From contig NC_083431.1 in the NCBI RefSeq assembly GCF_020745735.1, positions 45,908,496 through 45,972,495 of the forward strand: a DNA stretch of 64,000 bases. The letters run 5' to 3'. The notes under the pieces were generated by a model. The model had not been told where the DNA came from. It was given only the letters and a program-made list of their open reading frames with translations, and did no database searches. The translations under genes and the position numbers were made by a program. Positions 1-12,850 of this stretch are shown here, in pieces. This DNA is from Hemiscyllium ocellatum. Taxonomy: Eukaryota. The stretch's first letter is position 1, and every line of letters begins with the position of its first letter.

Positions 1-2495
1 TTGTTGAACTCTTTAATTTTTCCTTGGTAGACAGAATGTTGTACAGTTGGTTCTCATCACCTTGCTTCTCTGATATCATCTGGCCTGTATAAATTTGACA
101 TGGTTGACAGCTATTTAAAGTGCATCGGGTTCCGAGTCAAAAGGACATGAAATTGGTTACTGAGAAATCCTCTCCCTGAATTTATGTAACAGTCACTCCC
201 ACCTGGCAAACCACCTGAAAACAAAATATTTCTGTTAGGCAGGGTTTGAAATAACTATGTATTTGAAGAGAATGAGTAAATGTCCTCCCCCAATGGAAGA
301 AGGGCCCCACAGAAGTCCTCAAATACAATCGGTATCTAAAATCACAATCACAATTTAGGCAGCAAGCTTGAAACTGGGCATTTTACCAATATATTCTTTT
401 CTTCAGAAGAATTTTGTTTGTTATGTAAGCAATATTTGGGATTGGTATTTAAGGTGCCACTGTTAGGGTGAGCAGTAGGTACTCTCAAATCGATCCCACC
501 ATAAGGTCTACAACTCGTAATGGATTAGTGAGACCTTTCTTCCATTTCAAACATCTGCTAATCAATCTGCCATAATATCGTACTGTTTTAAACTTAACAA
601 CCTCATCTAATTAATGGCAACAGAATTCCAGTTAAACCCCCACCTCGATGATTTCTGGCTGTTCAGTCAGCTACATTCTAGCCATATTTACGCTGGTACA
701 GTTTACTTGGTACTAAGAGACTGAAATCTAGCTGTCTCCTCCTGAAGTTCACACTTTCAAATGTACATCTGTTAGACCTTAGTCTTACAGTTCCAACTAG
801 TGGATATTTAAACAGGAGAAAGCGAGTTGAATTTAGGATAAATTTATCAAGTTAAATAGTTGACACTGGATTCATACTGCCAGCGTAAAGCTGCCATTGA
901 TATGCATTCCTATCAGAACACAGGCTTTCATAAAATGTTTGACTTAAACCACAATTTGAAAGAATAATTTGGAACTGTCTGTTAATCATTCCTCTGGGAA
1001 TTGTGTACTTTGGTGAATGGATTCTGCTCTTAAATGTAAAGTTTCTAGTGGTGCTATGTTCATTCACCAGCATTTTCGACACCAAGAAACTCCATTTTAA
1101 AAAAAAGGAGCTTCAAATGTCAGTGACTAGACCCCGCTGTGAAATATGATAACAAGCATTGTACAGCAAATTCATACTTCATTTTCAAATACAGAGTGTA
1201 ATTCTCCCTTGACACCACAAACCATGATAATGGTTTAATCTGCTGCAGTGACAGATAAGGAGAGCAAATACCAACTATAAAGGAACACCACAATATTGTG
1301 GTTAAACAACAATGTAGCAAATGTACATATCAGGTGTGAATGAGTGCAGTTATTTTAAACACCTTATTTGGCTGATCAATATTAAGTTGGTACTTTGAGG
1401 ACTCCACACACTCGAAAACAAATGGGGCAGAATCTTGTGCGGGTTTGATGGAGTGGGAGGACAGTTTGTGAGGGATGCCTGTGGCAACATGGCTGTGGAC
1501 AATCAATGCTCCCTTAATGCCACTGCTGGCATTAACCCATCTGTGCGTAGGGAACCGCTTGGAGGATTCTTCATTCAAAGGTATTCAGTGTCTGATTGAA
1601 GGAACTGGCATCAAGGAAGCATGGGAGTTGTGGGGTCATTTCATAAGTCCTTGCTGCCAACTCTGCTGCCCCGTACCCTGTAACCCTACCTCCCAGCACA
1701 CCCCACCCCAACCCACCCCCACACACAGATAACCTTTCACCCGTAGCATGATGATCCATGACCTTGGAGACCATAACAGCAGCACTATCGCCTCACCAAT
1801 GGCACTGCAACTAACTGGTCAACAGCTCTCTACCCCTGGATCCTGGATCCCTAGGAGAAGGCCTACTGTAGGCCTGTCAATGCCGAAGTGGAATGATATG
1901 CAGACGAGCTTCACTAACAAGGAAGGGGTGACACAGGACTCTTGCTGGCTGTCCAGCCACTGGCCAAGACCTCCATAGGATTCATCCCATTAAGTGGATC
2001 ATTATCCTATGATACCAATAGCATTCATACCTTAAACAAAAAATAGTGAATCCTCAAAAATATGTTAAATTGCAACTTTTATAGTGGGTTATTTTATAGA
2101 AAGAGGAAACCTGATGATGAGTGATTGCCCACAGAGAGCTATTTTGGAAAATCATTCAGAAGTTAAGGGTCCAATTAGTAACATTTCAAAGAATATGAAC
2201 ATGCTGGGAAGATATATATAAAGGACTCAATTGCAGACTTTAATTTTCCTACTGCAAAATGGCATCCCTCTATACCCCATTCTCCAAGTTACACTGCAGA
2301 GTGCAAAGTTTACAAGTCAAGTACGGATGCTGTGCTTGCATTTATGCTCAAAAAGGAACTGTACCACTGTCCCAAAAATAACGGCTCAGTTGCTTATACT
2401 TCTACCTCAAAGGACAGTAACATCATTTCATAGCTCTCACAGCATGCAGTTCGGAATTGGGTTTGGGGGGGGAAATGATTCAACAAATACCATCA

Positions 2496-3437
2496 CATAG
2501 AGTCATAGAGATGGAAACAGACCCTTCGGTCCAACCTGAGCATACCGACCAGATATCCCAACCCAATCTGGTCCCACCTGCCAGCACCCAGCCCATATCC
2601 CTCCAACCCCTCCCATTCATATACCCATCCAACTGTCTTTGAAATGTTGCAATTGTACCAGCCTACACCACTCCCTCTGGCAGCTCATTCCATTCACGTA
2701 CCACCCTCTGTGTGAAAAAGTTGCCCCTTAAGTCTCTTTTATATCTTTCCCCTCTCACCCTAAACCTATGCCCTCTAGTTCTGGACTCCCCGATCCCAGA
2801 TAAATGTCTATTTATCCTATCCATGCCACTCATAATTTTGTAAACCTCTATAAGTTCACCCCTCAGCCTCTGACGCTCCAGGGAAAACAGCCCCAGCCTG
2901 TTCAGCCTCTCCGTAGCTCAGATCCTCCAACCCTGGCAACATCCTTGTAAATCTTTTCTGAACCCTTTCAAGTTTCCCAACATCTTTCTGATAGGAAGGA
3001 GACCAGAATTGCACGCAATATTCCAACAGTGGCCTAACCAATGTCTTGTACAGCCGCAACATGACCTCCCAACTCCTGTACTCAATACTCTGACCAATAA
3101 AGGAAAGCATGCCAAATGCCTTCTTCACTATCCTATCTACCTGTGACTCCACTTTCAAGGAGCTATGAACCTGCACTCCAAGGTCTCTTTGTTCTGCAAC
3201 ACTCCCTAGGACCTTACCATTAAGTGTATAAGTCCTGCTAAGACTTGCTTTCCCAAAATGCAGCACCTCGCATTTATCTGAATTAAACTCCATCTGCCAC
3301 TTCTCAGCCCATTGGCCCATCTGATCAAGATCCTGTTGTAATCTGAGGTAACCTTCTTCACTGTCCACTACACCTCCAATTTTGGTGTCATCTGCAAACT
3401 TACTAACTCTACCTCTTAAGCTCGCAGTCAAATCATC
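2496..3437 (-). mobile_element. CR1-clade LINE (HER1-like), 5'-truncated: RT C-terminus plus 3' UTR/tail
   Basis: ORF 2856-3509 contains CR1 RT motifs SKFADDTKIGG, LQQDLD, WQMEFN, RDLGV and LYKTLVRPLLEYCVQFWSP. The tail CTCTATGACTCTATG lies on the minus strand near 2496-2510. Confidence 0.9.
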
Positions 3438-3589
3438 ATATACAATGCAGCAACTAACACAATGGAGAGCATTTGAATTTGAATGAAAAAATATACACTT
3501 TAAATGCAAGATTTAATAATACTTTAGCAAAAAAAAAATTAAAAGCAAGTAAGCATTTTTAAAAGCACGGGAGGTGGACATTTATTTGC

Positions 3590-4150
3590 AGTATAACTCT
3601 CCCATTTAAAATTTGTGAATAGGCTTGTCCAGGACACACTGGAGTAAGTAATGGCAATTGCAATGGAACAATGGACTGCATTTGAAGAGGGGAATGTTCA
3701 GAGACAGTCAAGGTACGCGCTTACAATTGGAACAGGCAGAACAAATAAAGCCAGATGAAGTAGGCAAAAAGGATGTCAGATTGATAACAGAAGTAAAAGC
3801 CAGGCTGACACAGAAAATTCAAGGGGAAATGTAAAAGGAAATAAGAGACAAAAAGGCAGATTATGAGAAGAAACTGGCTGCTAATATTAAAAAAAAGGAA
3901 CCCAAAGGTTTTCTAAAGAGAACAGTAGAGAAGTGGATAATTAGGGACCAAAAAGGGGATGCTAAGTGGTCTGTTTACAGCTGAAGGAGTCACAGTGAAG
4001 GAGGAGGTCATTGGTAGAATAGATGAATAAAAAGAAAACATGTATGTGGGATGGACTGATAAGTCACCAAGATTGAATGGAGTTGAGGGGAAGGCAGAAA
4101 TTACAATGGTGGTGGCCATAATCATCTGTCCTCCTTTGAGGATGGAGAAG
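3590..4150 (+). mobile_element. Old, degraded CR1-type LINE ORF2 fragment
   Basis: Residual frame reads YEKKLAANI-K-NPK-F around 3860-3910, resembling CR1 ORF2 linker sequence. Heavily mutated. Confidence 0.45.
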
Positions 4151-4599
4151 AAATGGAGAGTTCCATTTTCTAAAAATACTTCATGGGATGTGGATGTTGC
4201 TGGATTGGCCAGTATTTACTGCTCATCCCTGTTTGTCCTTGAAAGGTGCGTCACCCTCTCGAACTGCTGCAGCCCATGTGAGGAAGGTCCTCCCAGACTT
4301 GTGTTTGGAAGAGATTTCCAGGATTCTGACCCCACTTTAGAAGGTCCCATTTTCACTATGTACATTTTATACATATTTAATGACTCTATCTCCCCTTTAC
4401 CACATTAACACTCACTGCATCCTTCGCTCAGGGCACCATGAAAATCTGTTCCACTTGCTCCTCTATCAATAGCTTAAAACCATTATTTTTGAACCCCATT
4501 CTGTTCTGAATAAATCATGTCAGATTTCACTCTTTTTTCATTTCCACAGATGCTGGCAGAACTGCTGAGTCTCTCCAGCATTTTCTGTTTTTACGTTTG

Positions 4600-5200
4600 G
4601 GGCACTAAGCTTTATAAATTAAGGCAGGAAGTTTGAAAGTTAGGAAATTAATTTACTACCTTTAGAAAACATTAGTCTGCCTCAACTGGAGTACTATGTC
4701 TAATTCTGGTTACCATGTTTGAGTAAGCTTAAGAAGCTTTTAGCTAGGATACAGAAAAAGATTTGTTAACATAATTCCAGGGATGAGGGGAGATAGATTT
4801 GAGAAGATGGTGTGGTTCTCCTTTGAAGGGGAAAAGTTGAAAGAAACTGTAATAAAGGAGCTCAAAACCATGAGGCACCTGGACAGCACGGATAGGGAGG
4901 AGGGTCCCCTTTGGCAGCTGGTTCTTGATGCTGAGGAGATTGATTTAGAGTAAGTTGTAAAACAAACAATGATGATATACGTAAATATAGTTTTTATTTA
5001 GCAAGGGGTTAGAAGCTGGAATACACCAACTGAGAAGATGGCGGAGGCAGTTCAATTGTGACTTTCAACATAGCATTTGCACAGAAAGGATTTATAGGGT
5101 TACAGAAAAGGGGCCGAGGAGTGGAACTAACTGGATCTTGCAGACAGCCAGCATGAACTCAAGGAGCCAGATAGCCCTCTTCTGATGTATAATGTTTTAT
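4600..5200 (+). mobile_element. Degraded CR1-type LINE 3' fragment
   Basis: Decayed copy of the RT end (ctcaactggagtactatgtctaattctggt, PQLEY-V-FW-like) followed by a CR1-like 3' UTR. Confidence 0.6.
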
Positions 5201-5452
5201 GATTTTGCTTTTTAAATACAGAGCAGGATCCTTTGATGCCTGCACCTGTACATTTGACACTTACTGTGGTGCTCAACCAGTCACAGCTTGCTCCTTCATC
5301 CAAAAGAAACAAAGATAATAGTACCACTCATTGCTGGGAAGAAAACTAACCAGATATTGGCACATCTTATCATCGTGCAGACTTCTCTACTTGCACACAT
5401 GTGGGCATCATCTGCACTAGCTACACACTTAACTAGTACTCAATGCTAAGGC

Positions 5453-5540
5453 TCACATCTCACTGCTTACAGCAGTCACTTTGATTAAGTACAGAAGGCC
5501 TATAAGAACTTGTGGAACCATACGTACAGGAATCCAGGTC
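5453..5540 (-). CDS. RHBDD2: Candidate RHBDD2 exon 4 (RTWIPVRMVPQVLIGLLYLIKVTAVSSEM*), uncertain
   Basis: A strong pyrimidine tract and AAG acceptor lie 80 nt after the exon 3 donor, and the phase-2 join stays in frame to a TGA at 5453. It has no clear similarity to the human Pro-rich tail. Confidence 0.3.
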
Positions 5541-5620
5541 CTTGTGGAATCAAGGGCAAAAAGGAAGAAACATGTACTCTTAAAAAAGGTAAGCTTGGTT
5601 GAAGTAAAACAGCTACTTAC

Positions 5621-5777
5621 CTGTCTGTTATTTCGACATTTCTCACCTCCCATAAGGCAGAATAAAATGTGATCCCTGGTATATCCTTCAGATAAGTAAA
5701 AGGAAAATTCCTTTCCATAGATGCAGCTGTCATCTCGTGCAAATCCAGAAAAGGAAAGAACCGCCGACCGTAAACAT
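5621..5777 (-). CDS. RHBDD2: RHBDD2 exon 3
   Basis: Translates YVYGRRFFPFLDLHEMTAASMERNFPFTYLKDIPGITFYSALWEVRNVEITDR, similar to human [37 protein letters not shown]. U12-type branch TCCTTAAT precedes the AAG acceptor, and the donor is AG|GTAAGT. Confidence 0.85.
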
Positions 5778-6829
5778 CTTGCAAAGGATTATTAAGGACT
5801 AATAGTATTGGTTTCATTATGTACAATAATTTACTTTTTGTTTTTTTACTCAGGTATTACGGCAAAAGAATTCTTCAAGAATCTAGGGTGAAAGACCCAA
5901 AGCGAAGAAAATCAACAAGGCCAAAAATAGTAAAAATAAATCAAGCAAGCAACAATAAAATAATGTCAAACTTGAGACTGTAAAAGCCTGTAAATATTGG
6001 TGAAGAATTAAATAGAAGGAATAGTTTTTGATTTTGTAAGAATCTGGTGAGTAGGAAGAGAGTGTAGGTTAGCTGATTTTTAGTTAAGAAAGAACAAATT
6101 CAGCAGGAGCATAAATTAAAGTGAAAATATCAGAGAGAAAAAAGGCATCAGAAGATATAGGCAAAACTATGAAACAGAACTTAGAAGCAAGAGGGATTGC
6201 CTAAAAAAATGACAATTTTTTTCTCTTGTGCAAGAGGCTCAAAAGCATTAGAAAAACAAGTCCAGATGCGCAAAGAACATTCAAATAAAGAGATAAGTAA
6301 ACAACATGGAACATTTACCATTTCCATATACAACAACAGAACCCAGTCGATCAGGTATACAAGAGGCTAAAGCCTCCTACATCATTCACAAAGTTTCTTA
6401 AAGCCGGATGATGGGTTAAAATGTCTCAAACCTTGCTCACTTGACTGGAGAAATCTCTCCATCTGAGGTATCCTTAATCCTGATTTAGCACATCAGTTTG
6501 GAATGCTATTAGTACAGTGTACAGAGGAATCTCGATTCTCTGAATGCCTCGGGTGGGATTTGATTTGGATAATCAAATTCTTGGATAATCAAATGTTGGA
6601 TAACAGTTTAGCCAAACATCGAGACATTGCGATCTTGTCCGGATAATCTGAAATTCAGATAATCGAATGCCAGATGATCGAGGTTCCTCTGTACATACGA
6701 GAGTTAACATTGTAATGACAGATTACGATATGACCATCAAACTGTTAGGGAATGGATATATTTTGGCCAAATACAAAATTAGAACAATATTTAAGATTTA
6801 GTTAGCAAGACTTTTTGGAAAAAGGATAC
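5778..6829 (-). other. RHBDD2: U12-type (minor spliceosome) GT-AG intron 2 of RHBDD2
   Basis: 5' splice site GTATCCTTT at 6829-6821. Branch site TCCTTAAT at 5798-5791, about 13 nt from the AG. No long pyrimidine tract. Confidence 0.85.
6522..6691. mobile_element. Tc1/mariner-Tigger-type MITE
   Basis: TIRs CAGAGGAATCTCGATT ... GATCGAGGTTCCTCTG flanked by TA on both sides. A second copy lies at 30603-30759 in the opposite orientation. Confidence 0.8.
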
Positions 6830-7228
6830 ATGCAATTCCTGCTCCCAATCCACAAACGTTGCCTATGATCGATGATCCCGGAATGAAAATTGCAATGGCG
6901 AGTAAAATGAATGGGAGGTAAATCAATTTAATAGTTGTTATAAAGACAATGTGCTTCATAGGGGACAGAAATACAGACATCCCCACACAGGCAAATGCGA
7001 GTGTAGTAAATCCCTGAATTTCTTTTAGGTTATGCAGTCCAAACATCATTGAACCAATGAAGGTATAGATGATTCCAGTCAGAACTGTAAACAGGAGAGT
7101 GAGGTATGCGTACTTTACTGTTCCGACGTTCTTCTCCATAGCACCACCGAAATACCATAGCATAAGAACGTTGCACACCAGCGAGCTCATACTCTTATGG
7201 ATGAACACATAACTAAGTAACTTGTACA
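6830..7228 (-). CDS. RHBDD2: RHBDD2 exon 2 (rhomboid-like transmembrane core)
   Basis: VYKLLSYVFIHKS...WYFGGAMEKNVGTVKY...GFTTLAFA...IPGSSIIGNVCGLGAGIA aligns with human RHBDD2 (VYRLVTYIFVYE...ERTVGTVRH...GFTPVAFA...SFLSNVCGLSIG). The catalytic Ser/His are replaced (GFT, GN), as expected for a pseudoprotease. CAG acceptor, 399 nt, phase 1-1. Confidence 0.92.
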
Positions 7229-9499
7229 CTGTAGTTAAACAAAAAGAAATAGATGTTAGAGATGAATATACAATATAGCTTTCAAATAATTGCATGGGTA
7301 GTACAGAACTTAAATTTTGCTCTCTGTGCTGCTGAATATATAAATCAATGAATACGGTGACTAATACCATGAGGAAGGTGATGTGATCCGACTTCCCCCT
7401 GAGTATCCTGCCCTACAATGGAGCCATTACGTTTCAGATACCCTCCTGTGAAGCAGCTGTAATTGAAATCTCCTGCCAGAAATGCGGAGCTCTGTCATGA
7501 CAGAAAAAAGCAGGAGCAGAATGTTAATCAGACTGGTTAATCCAGTCTTCCGATAATTAGACCCAGTCAGGACTGGGGGAGTACCCTATCACACAACATA
7601 CAAACACTGAGTTCCACGTAGGTTTGCCTTCTATACATACACAACACACCCAGCTTAAAAAAACTTCCCAAAGGAGAAGATAAAAAACATCAAACATTTT
7701 TTTAAAACGCACTTGCAAAAGTGTACTAAAATCACTAGAAGTAAGAAAGCTCACTACAACGGCTGAGATTAAAGATAGAAAAATAGCTCATTTTGTTACA
7801 ATGTCTTCCTCTCCAAATTTCTGCAAAGAAAAATGAAAATGTACAATACTGTATCTAGACTTTCTACTTTGGGCCTGAACACAGATTTTTACTATTCTGG
7901 CCTTGTTCAATATTCCAGCTCAGGGATGAAGGGGTAGACAAATTACCATCACTGCTCTAATGTTATTGCATCCATTCAGGTTAACAAAAACACACCCGGG
8001 TCCAGCTTGAGCTGCTGTCTTGAACTTCAGGTGAGAACAGAATAAGGTTTATCTGCAATAACAACGGGATTGGAGAGCTGACATTCACTGCTTTTGATCA
8101 CATGAAGAATGGTGCTTGGATAAAATGGTTGGGCCACGTCGGAGCTTGTGGAACTGAACCAGAATGATGTGACATCCTCAAAAGAGCAAGAATAAAAAGA
8201 AAAGAAACTTTGAGTTTCCCAGCAAGGTAACTGAATCAATGGAGGATCTTGTGGCCAGTTGGCCTCAGTTCTGCCCTCTCAGATGAAACCATTTCTATTC
8301 TGTCCTCACAGTATACTTAAATGGCTGTTCTTCTGACTGTTAGCTTTCACTGGTATGCTGGTCAATGGTCAATGCCAAATCAGATAAAAGAATTTATTAA
8401 AACCTGATGAAATGGATATTGACCTGAAACGATAGCTGTTTCTCTCTCTATAGTTGCCAATAACCCAAGTATATGCAACATTTTCTGTTTTAGTTTCAGA
8501 TTTCCTTTGGCTGCAGTACTTTGATTTTATATTTTACATAAACAAGTTCATCATTTATAGAATCTTTTTATGTTGCAAGGCAATTGGCTTCCAGTTGGAA
8601 GGCTGGATAAGGACATAGTGGAATTTCATTTTTAAATAATACTTTTGGATACATGAATAAGCTCCAGAATCAAAGAGACACTCACATATAGGTTCTATTT
8701 GCTCCCTCAGCTGGTGTGTGAAAGATTTTACCACCGTATCCAACAAGGAGTAGGGGATTTTACCTAGTCTACGAGTAAAATTTATGCATCACTCAACAGA
8801 ATTAAAATTTTAATTGGTCATTTAATGCCTAGAAAACAAGTGACCATTTTTCAGAAGTTAGTAATTGGCTGTAAAATGCTTTGGCACATTCCAGAGATCA
8901 TGAAAGACACAACTTTAAAGGAAGGTGGAGATTTTCCTGTTTCATTGATTCCCAGTTTGTAGTTTCCATAAAGCTCAGGCAGCATTTGGGGCAACCATAT
9001 TCTAACCCCTAAAACCTCAGTTTAAAGAAATTATTCTTGTGGTGCAGTGGTAGTGTCTCTGCCTCTGAGCCAGAGGCCGGGGTTATCATACCTGTGCTAC
9101 ATGTACGTCAAACACATCTGGGCTGGTTGACTAAAAGTGCCCAAAATTGCAGATAGTTTTTATTTTCCAAGACTGTGCAAGTTACCATGCAAGAACATAT
9201 GAAATAAGAGCTGGAGAGGTTCATGTGACCCTTCATGCTTGCTTCACCATTCAACAGGACCAAGTTCAATCTTTGACCATGATTTAATTTTCTCACACAA
9301 TCCCCATATCCCTTTGTACCCAGAGCTTCAGTGACCTTTGTCCTGAATACGTTATACAAGTCCTTTTTGGGGCAGAGGATTGCAAAGATTCATAATCCTT
9401 TGAACAAAGAAATTCCCCTTCATCTCATTCCTCACTGACCAGCCACTTTATCATCAGCAATCATCCATTACTGAGTATGATTATCCACCTAGGAAATTG

Positions 9500-9800
9500 T
9501 GTTCTAGGTAGATGCCTTGTGGGGGACACCTTATCACATGGGAATACTGTTGCACATCAGTAGACACATCGTCCTTGACAGAAGGTCGGTCCAGTTCCAA
9601 AGCCGTTAATATCACGAGTGTCTTGTTTTGGGTTTCGCTCTGTCTGAATTTCCCTCTGGATTTGCCATCATGATGGCCCTGCCAGGAGTTGAGATCTCCT
9701 GATGACATCACTGTGTGGATCAACATTCTCCAGGAACAGGCCTCTCCACCACAGCATGGTGGCAATCCGTGGAAATCCCATTATTCTGGGATTGTGACAG
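9500..9800 (-). mobile_element. Degraded RTE-like LINE fragment
   Basis: Remnant resembles the 3' part of an RTE ORF and is similar in character to 11530-12600. Confidence 0.35.
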
Positions 9801-10064
9801 GGTATTCTTAATCTTGAAAGATCTTCTCAGCAATTTTTTATGTGTAATTAGTATTTGCTCAGCTAATTATTGTGCTTCAACTTCTGTGCGATCATAAATC
9901 TTGTAAATGAGCCCGACTACTATATTTAGTTTCAGCTGTATAATGTGACTGATCAGTGTTTTCCAATCTTCAGAGGAGCATGGCTAGAGTTTACCATGGA
10001 TCAGTGATAAACATCCTGATACTCCAGTGCAATACAGGGTGGGGGAGCTGGGCATGATTGGACA

Positions 10065-10362
10065 TGCCTTCTTTCAGGTGAGACATTAAGCCAAGTCCTC
10101 ATCTCTCACCCCACATCCCAACAGGTGATTGTAAAATACCTCGCGGCACTGTTTCAACTGCTTTCTAATGTCCTGAGCAACATTTATGCCTCAACCTACA
10201 GCATTTTAACTGATAATCTGGTAATTATGTGACTGTGTTTGAGTCCTGACAGTGAAAGTTGGCTGCCGCATTTTCTACATTATAACAGTAGTTGTTAGTT
10301 ATAAAATCAGTTTGTACATCCTAAGGTCATGAAGGGCATTACATAAATGTAAATCTTTCTTC
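10065..10362 (+). mobile_element. Deu-domain SINE (SacSINE/AmnSINE-like), old
   Basis: Deu-like core (ctttcaggtgagacattaagcc...cggcactgtttcaa...tgtcctgagcaacatttat) and an L2-like tail (gtcatgaagggcattacataaatgtaaatcttt). Confidence 0.55.
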
Positions 10363-10954
10363 TCATTCATTTTCAGTGATCTCTTACAACCACTAATGCA
10401 ATGAAAATGATAATCAGTAACATGCTCGTACCGTTCTGAGCATATATAAGGAAGTACATTTCTGATTTCAGGATATGGCAATGCACAATCACCCCTGAGC
10501 AAGCTTGCTCTTTGCTTCCCTTGGTGAACAGTGTTTCTTTTTTCCAATCTAGCTCCCAAATGCCTGGGCTTCATTCAACATCGAGACTAAACTTCTGCAT
10601 TGGATGCACTGGAAGACTGAGCTGCTATGTCACTGGTCCTAATTTTAAAAGCTTTTTACCAATGCACCCCCAACCCCACACCCCCCCCCCCCCTCCCACC
10701 CACCCCCAATCTTGTTGCTATTCCCTGCCAAGTCTGTAACTGACCTACTAGTTTAAATTGCTGTTCAGCTTTAGTTACAGTCTGATTCCTGGCCAGGAAT
10801 GTAGTCCCTCTGAGCAGAATCTCTTTCTGCAGGACTTCTAGATCTTACAGTGACCTCCACTTTGTCACTGTATTTTTTGCTGCCCCACCCACCTCCTGTA
10901 TCTTCATTCCCACAGAAATTCTTTAATTAATGCTTCCACCCTCTGTCAACATAA

Positions 10955-11440
10955 GCCCAGCCAAAACTCTGGCTGCCCACACTTTAACTCAGTCCTATTC
11001 ACCCAGCACCCCTGTGTTTGCTGACCTACACTGGCTTCCAATTAAGCTGTGCATTGATTTAAAAAATTCTCATCCTGGTTTTCAACTCTCTCCATAGCTT
11101 TATTCCTTCGTATCACTCCAGCCCCCTCCAGTCCGACAAACTGGACACCTGAACACCTCCAATTCTGACCTTCTGCATGTTCCAGATTTAAATTACTTCA
11201 TCATTGGCAGTTTGCCTTTAGTTGTCAAAGCCGTAAGCTCTAGATTTTCCTCAGTAGTGTCTTTACCTCCCTTCTCTCCTATAAGATGCTCCTTAAAAAC
11301 TGTTTGATCAAGCTTTTGGTCACGTGCTGTAAAATCTCATTATGTTACTTGGTGTCAGATTTTGTTTGATAAGGTTCCCGTGAATTGTCTTGGGACATTT
11401 TACTGTGTTAAAAGGTTCTATATAAAGACTAGTTTTGTTG
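10955..11440 (+). mobile_element. L2-clade LINE 3' end
   Basis: Decayed frame TPVFADLHWLPIKLCIDLKILILVF matches the L2 RT C-terminus, followed by an L2 tail (gttaaaaggttctatataaa...gttgttg). Confidence 0.7.
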
Positions 11441-11529
11441 TTGAACAAGTACAGGATTAGATAATATTGACACAGACTGAGGACTGAATAGCTTCTTTCC
11501 ACATGGGAGTGCATGTGATTGTCATGTAT

Positions 11530-12600
11530 TCACCTCTTTCTCCATCAGGTGCAGTTCCTTAGGGATCAAGGAGCCACTCCGGTTGGCTGGGTTCTGAGAT
11601 GGCCGATAAGTCCAGAGTAGATAGTGCCGCATGTAGGACATGTGGCACTTGAAAGATCTTGAGGAGGGGGTGGTGGTGTTTGGACAATTGAATATATGCT
11701 CCAATGCTTTGACTTATCTCTACATATTCACAACAAACAAACAATGTGCTCAGCACCTTCCCAAATAAAAAATTCACAATTTCGGTTGGAGGCAAGCCAG
11801 GGTCTCCCAGAGTCAGTAAATGTGTCTGGCCCTTTCGGGTTTGCTTTCAGGATTCATTTTCCCTTGTCTTTCCAAGTGGCTCCTGCCCTAACTAATTTCA
11901 GGTCAACTGCTTTGGGAGTCTAATGTCAGACATTCAAACAACATGATCTGATCAGCAGAGCTGGTTTTAAGTGATTGGTATCTCAAAGCTGAGCAAGTGG
12001 GCTTGGGAAAGGACACTGCTGTTGTATTGTCTTCTTTGCCACTGGATTTAGAGGATTTTATGAAGGCATTGTTGGTAGTAAACTTTTCCAGTGCTTTGAG
12101 GTACCTTATTAAAGATTGTCCAAGTCTATGAAACCCATGAAAGAAAAAGATCATGCTGCATGGTAAATGTGACCTTTGTCTTGGGTTTGAGATCCTTATC
12201 CTCAAATATCTTTTCCCTCAGCTGGGTGAAAATCAAGCTGGTACAACAGTGGTGATGATGAATTTGTCAATACCTGCATTTGTCAAGGAAAGGCTCCCAT
12301 GCTGTGAAAAAGTGTCCACACATTTCAAGATCCCATCATTGATCTTAATCAATTTTATTGAGGGGGGGAGGTTGTTGAAGGGATTGTGCTGCAGCAGTTG
12401 ATTGAAAGAGGACCTCTGTTTTTCAGATGTTCAGTGAAAGGTGTACTTTCTCATCTGCTTCGAAGATTGAATTAATAAATGACCCAGAATTCATCATAAA
12501 TGGTCACAACAATGTTGAAGATGTTCCCTTCCACGTCAAGAAAATGTACGATGATCATACTCCTGGTCCTAAATGCCATACCTGCTTTGCTGCTATTGTG
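11530..12600 (-). mobile_element. Degraded RTE-clade LINE RT fragment
   Basis: Minus strand gives KTEVLFQ...IKINDGILKCVDTF...GS and D-EIHHH...AS-AF-like remnants, typical of the RTE RT thumb region. Confidence 0.55.
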
Positions 12601-12666
12601 ACTTTCAAAGTACCACAACAGTTCATTGCCCTTCCCACATCACTGCAATCATGATAGAATTGGGTG

Positions 12667-12850
12667 GAGGAGTCCAGAACTAGAGGGCACAGGATTAGGG
12701 TGAGAGGGGAAAACTTTAAAAGGGACCAATGGGGCAACTTTTTCACGCATATAGTGGTGCGTACATGGAATGAGCTCCCAGGGAAAGTGGTGGAGGTGGG
12801 TACAATTGCAACATTTAAAAGGCATCTGGATGGGTATATGAATAAGAAGG
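12667..12850 (+). mobile_element. HER1/CR1 LINE 3' fragment, left part (interrupted by Penelope insertion)
   Basis: Translates ESRTRGHRIRVRGENFKRD...FFT..VVRTWNELP...FKRHLDGYMN. The sequence resumes at 15441. Confidence 0.85.

Noticed and set aside
1-76. Open minus-strand frame after atacag at the window edge as a further RHBDD2 exon
   Set aside because: Weak acceptor, no recognisable similarity, and truncated by the window boundary.
7229-7370. N-terminal extension of the 190-aa ORF 6798-7370
   Set aside because: It lies upstream of a clear CAG acceptor at 7229 and is intronic read-through. The real N-terminus comes from exon 1 at 17089.
7997-8177. Possible cassette exon in RHBDD2 intron 1 (strong pyrimidine tract)
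   Set aside because: The acceptor is a weak GAG, the donor is a weak GTGTGT, and there is no homology. It cannot be distinguished from chance.
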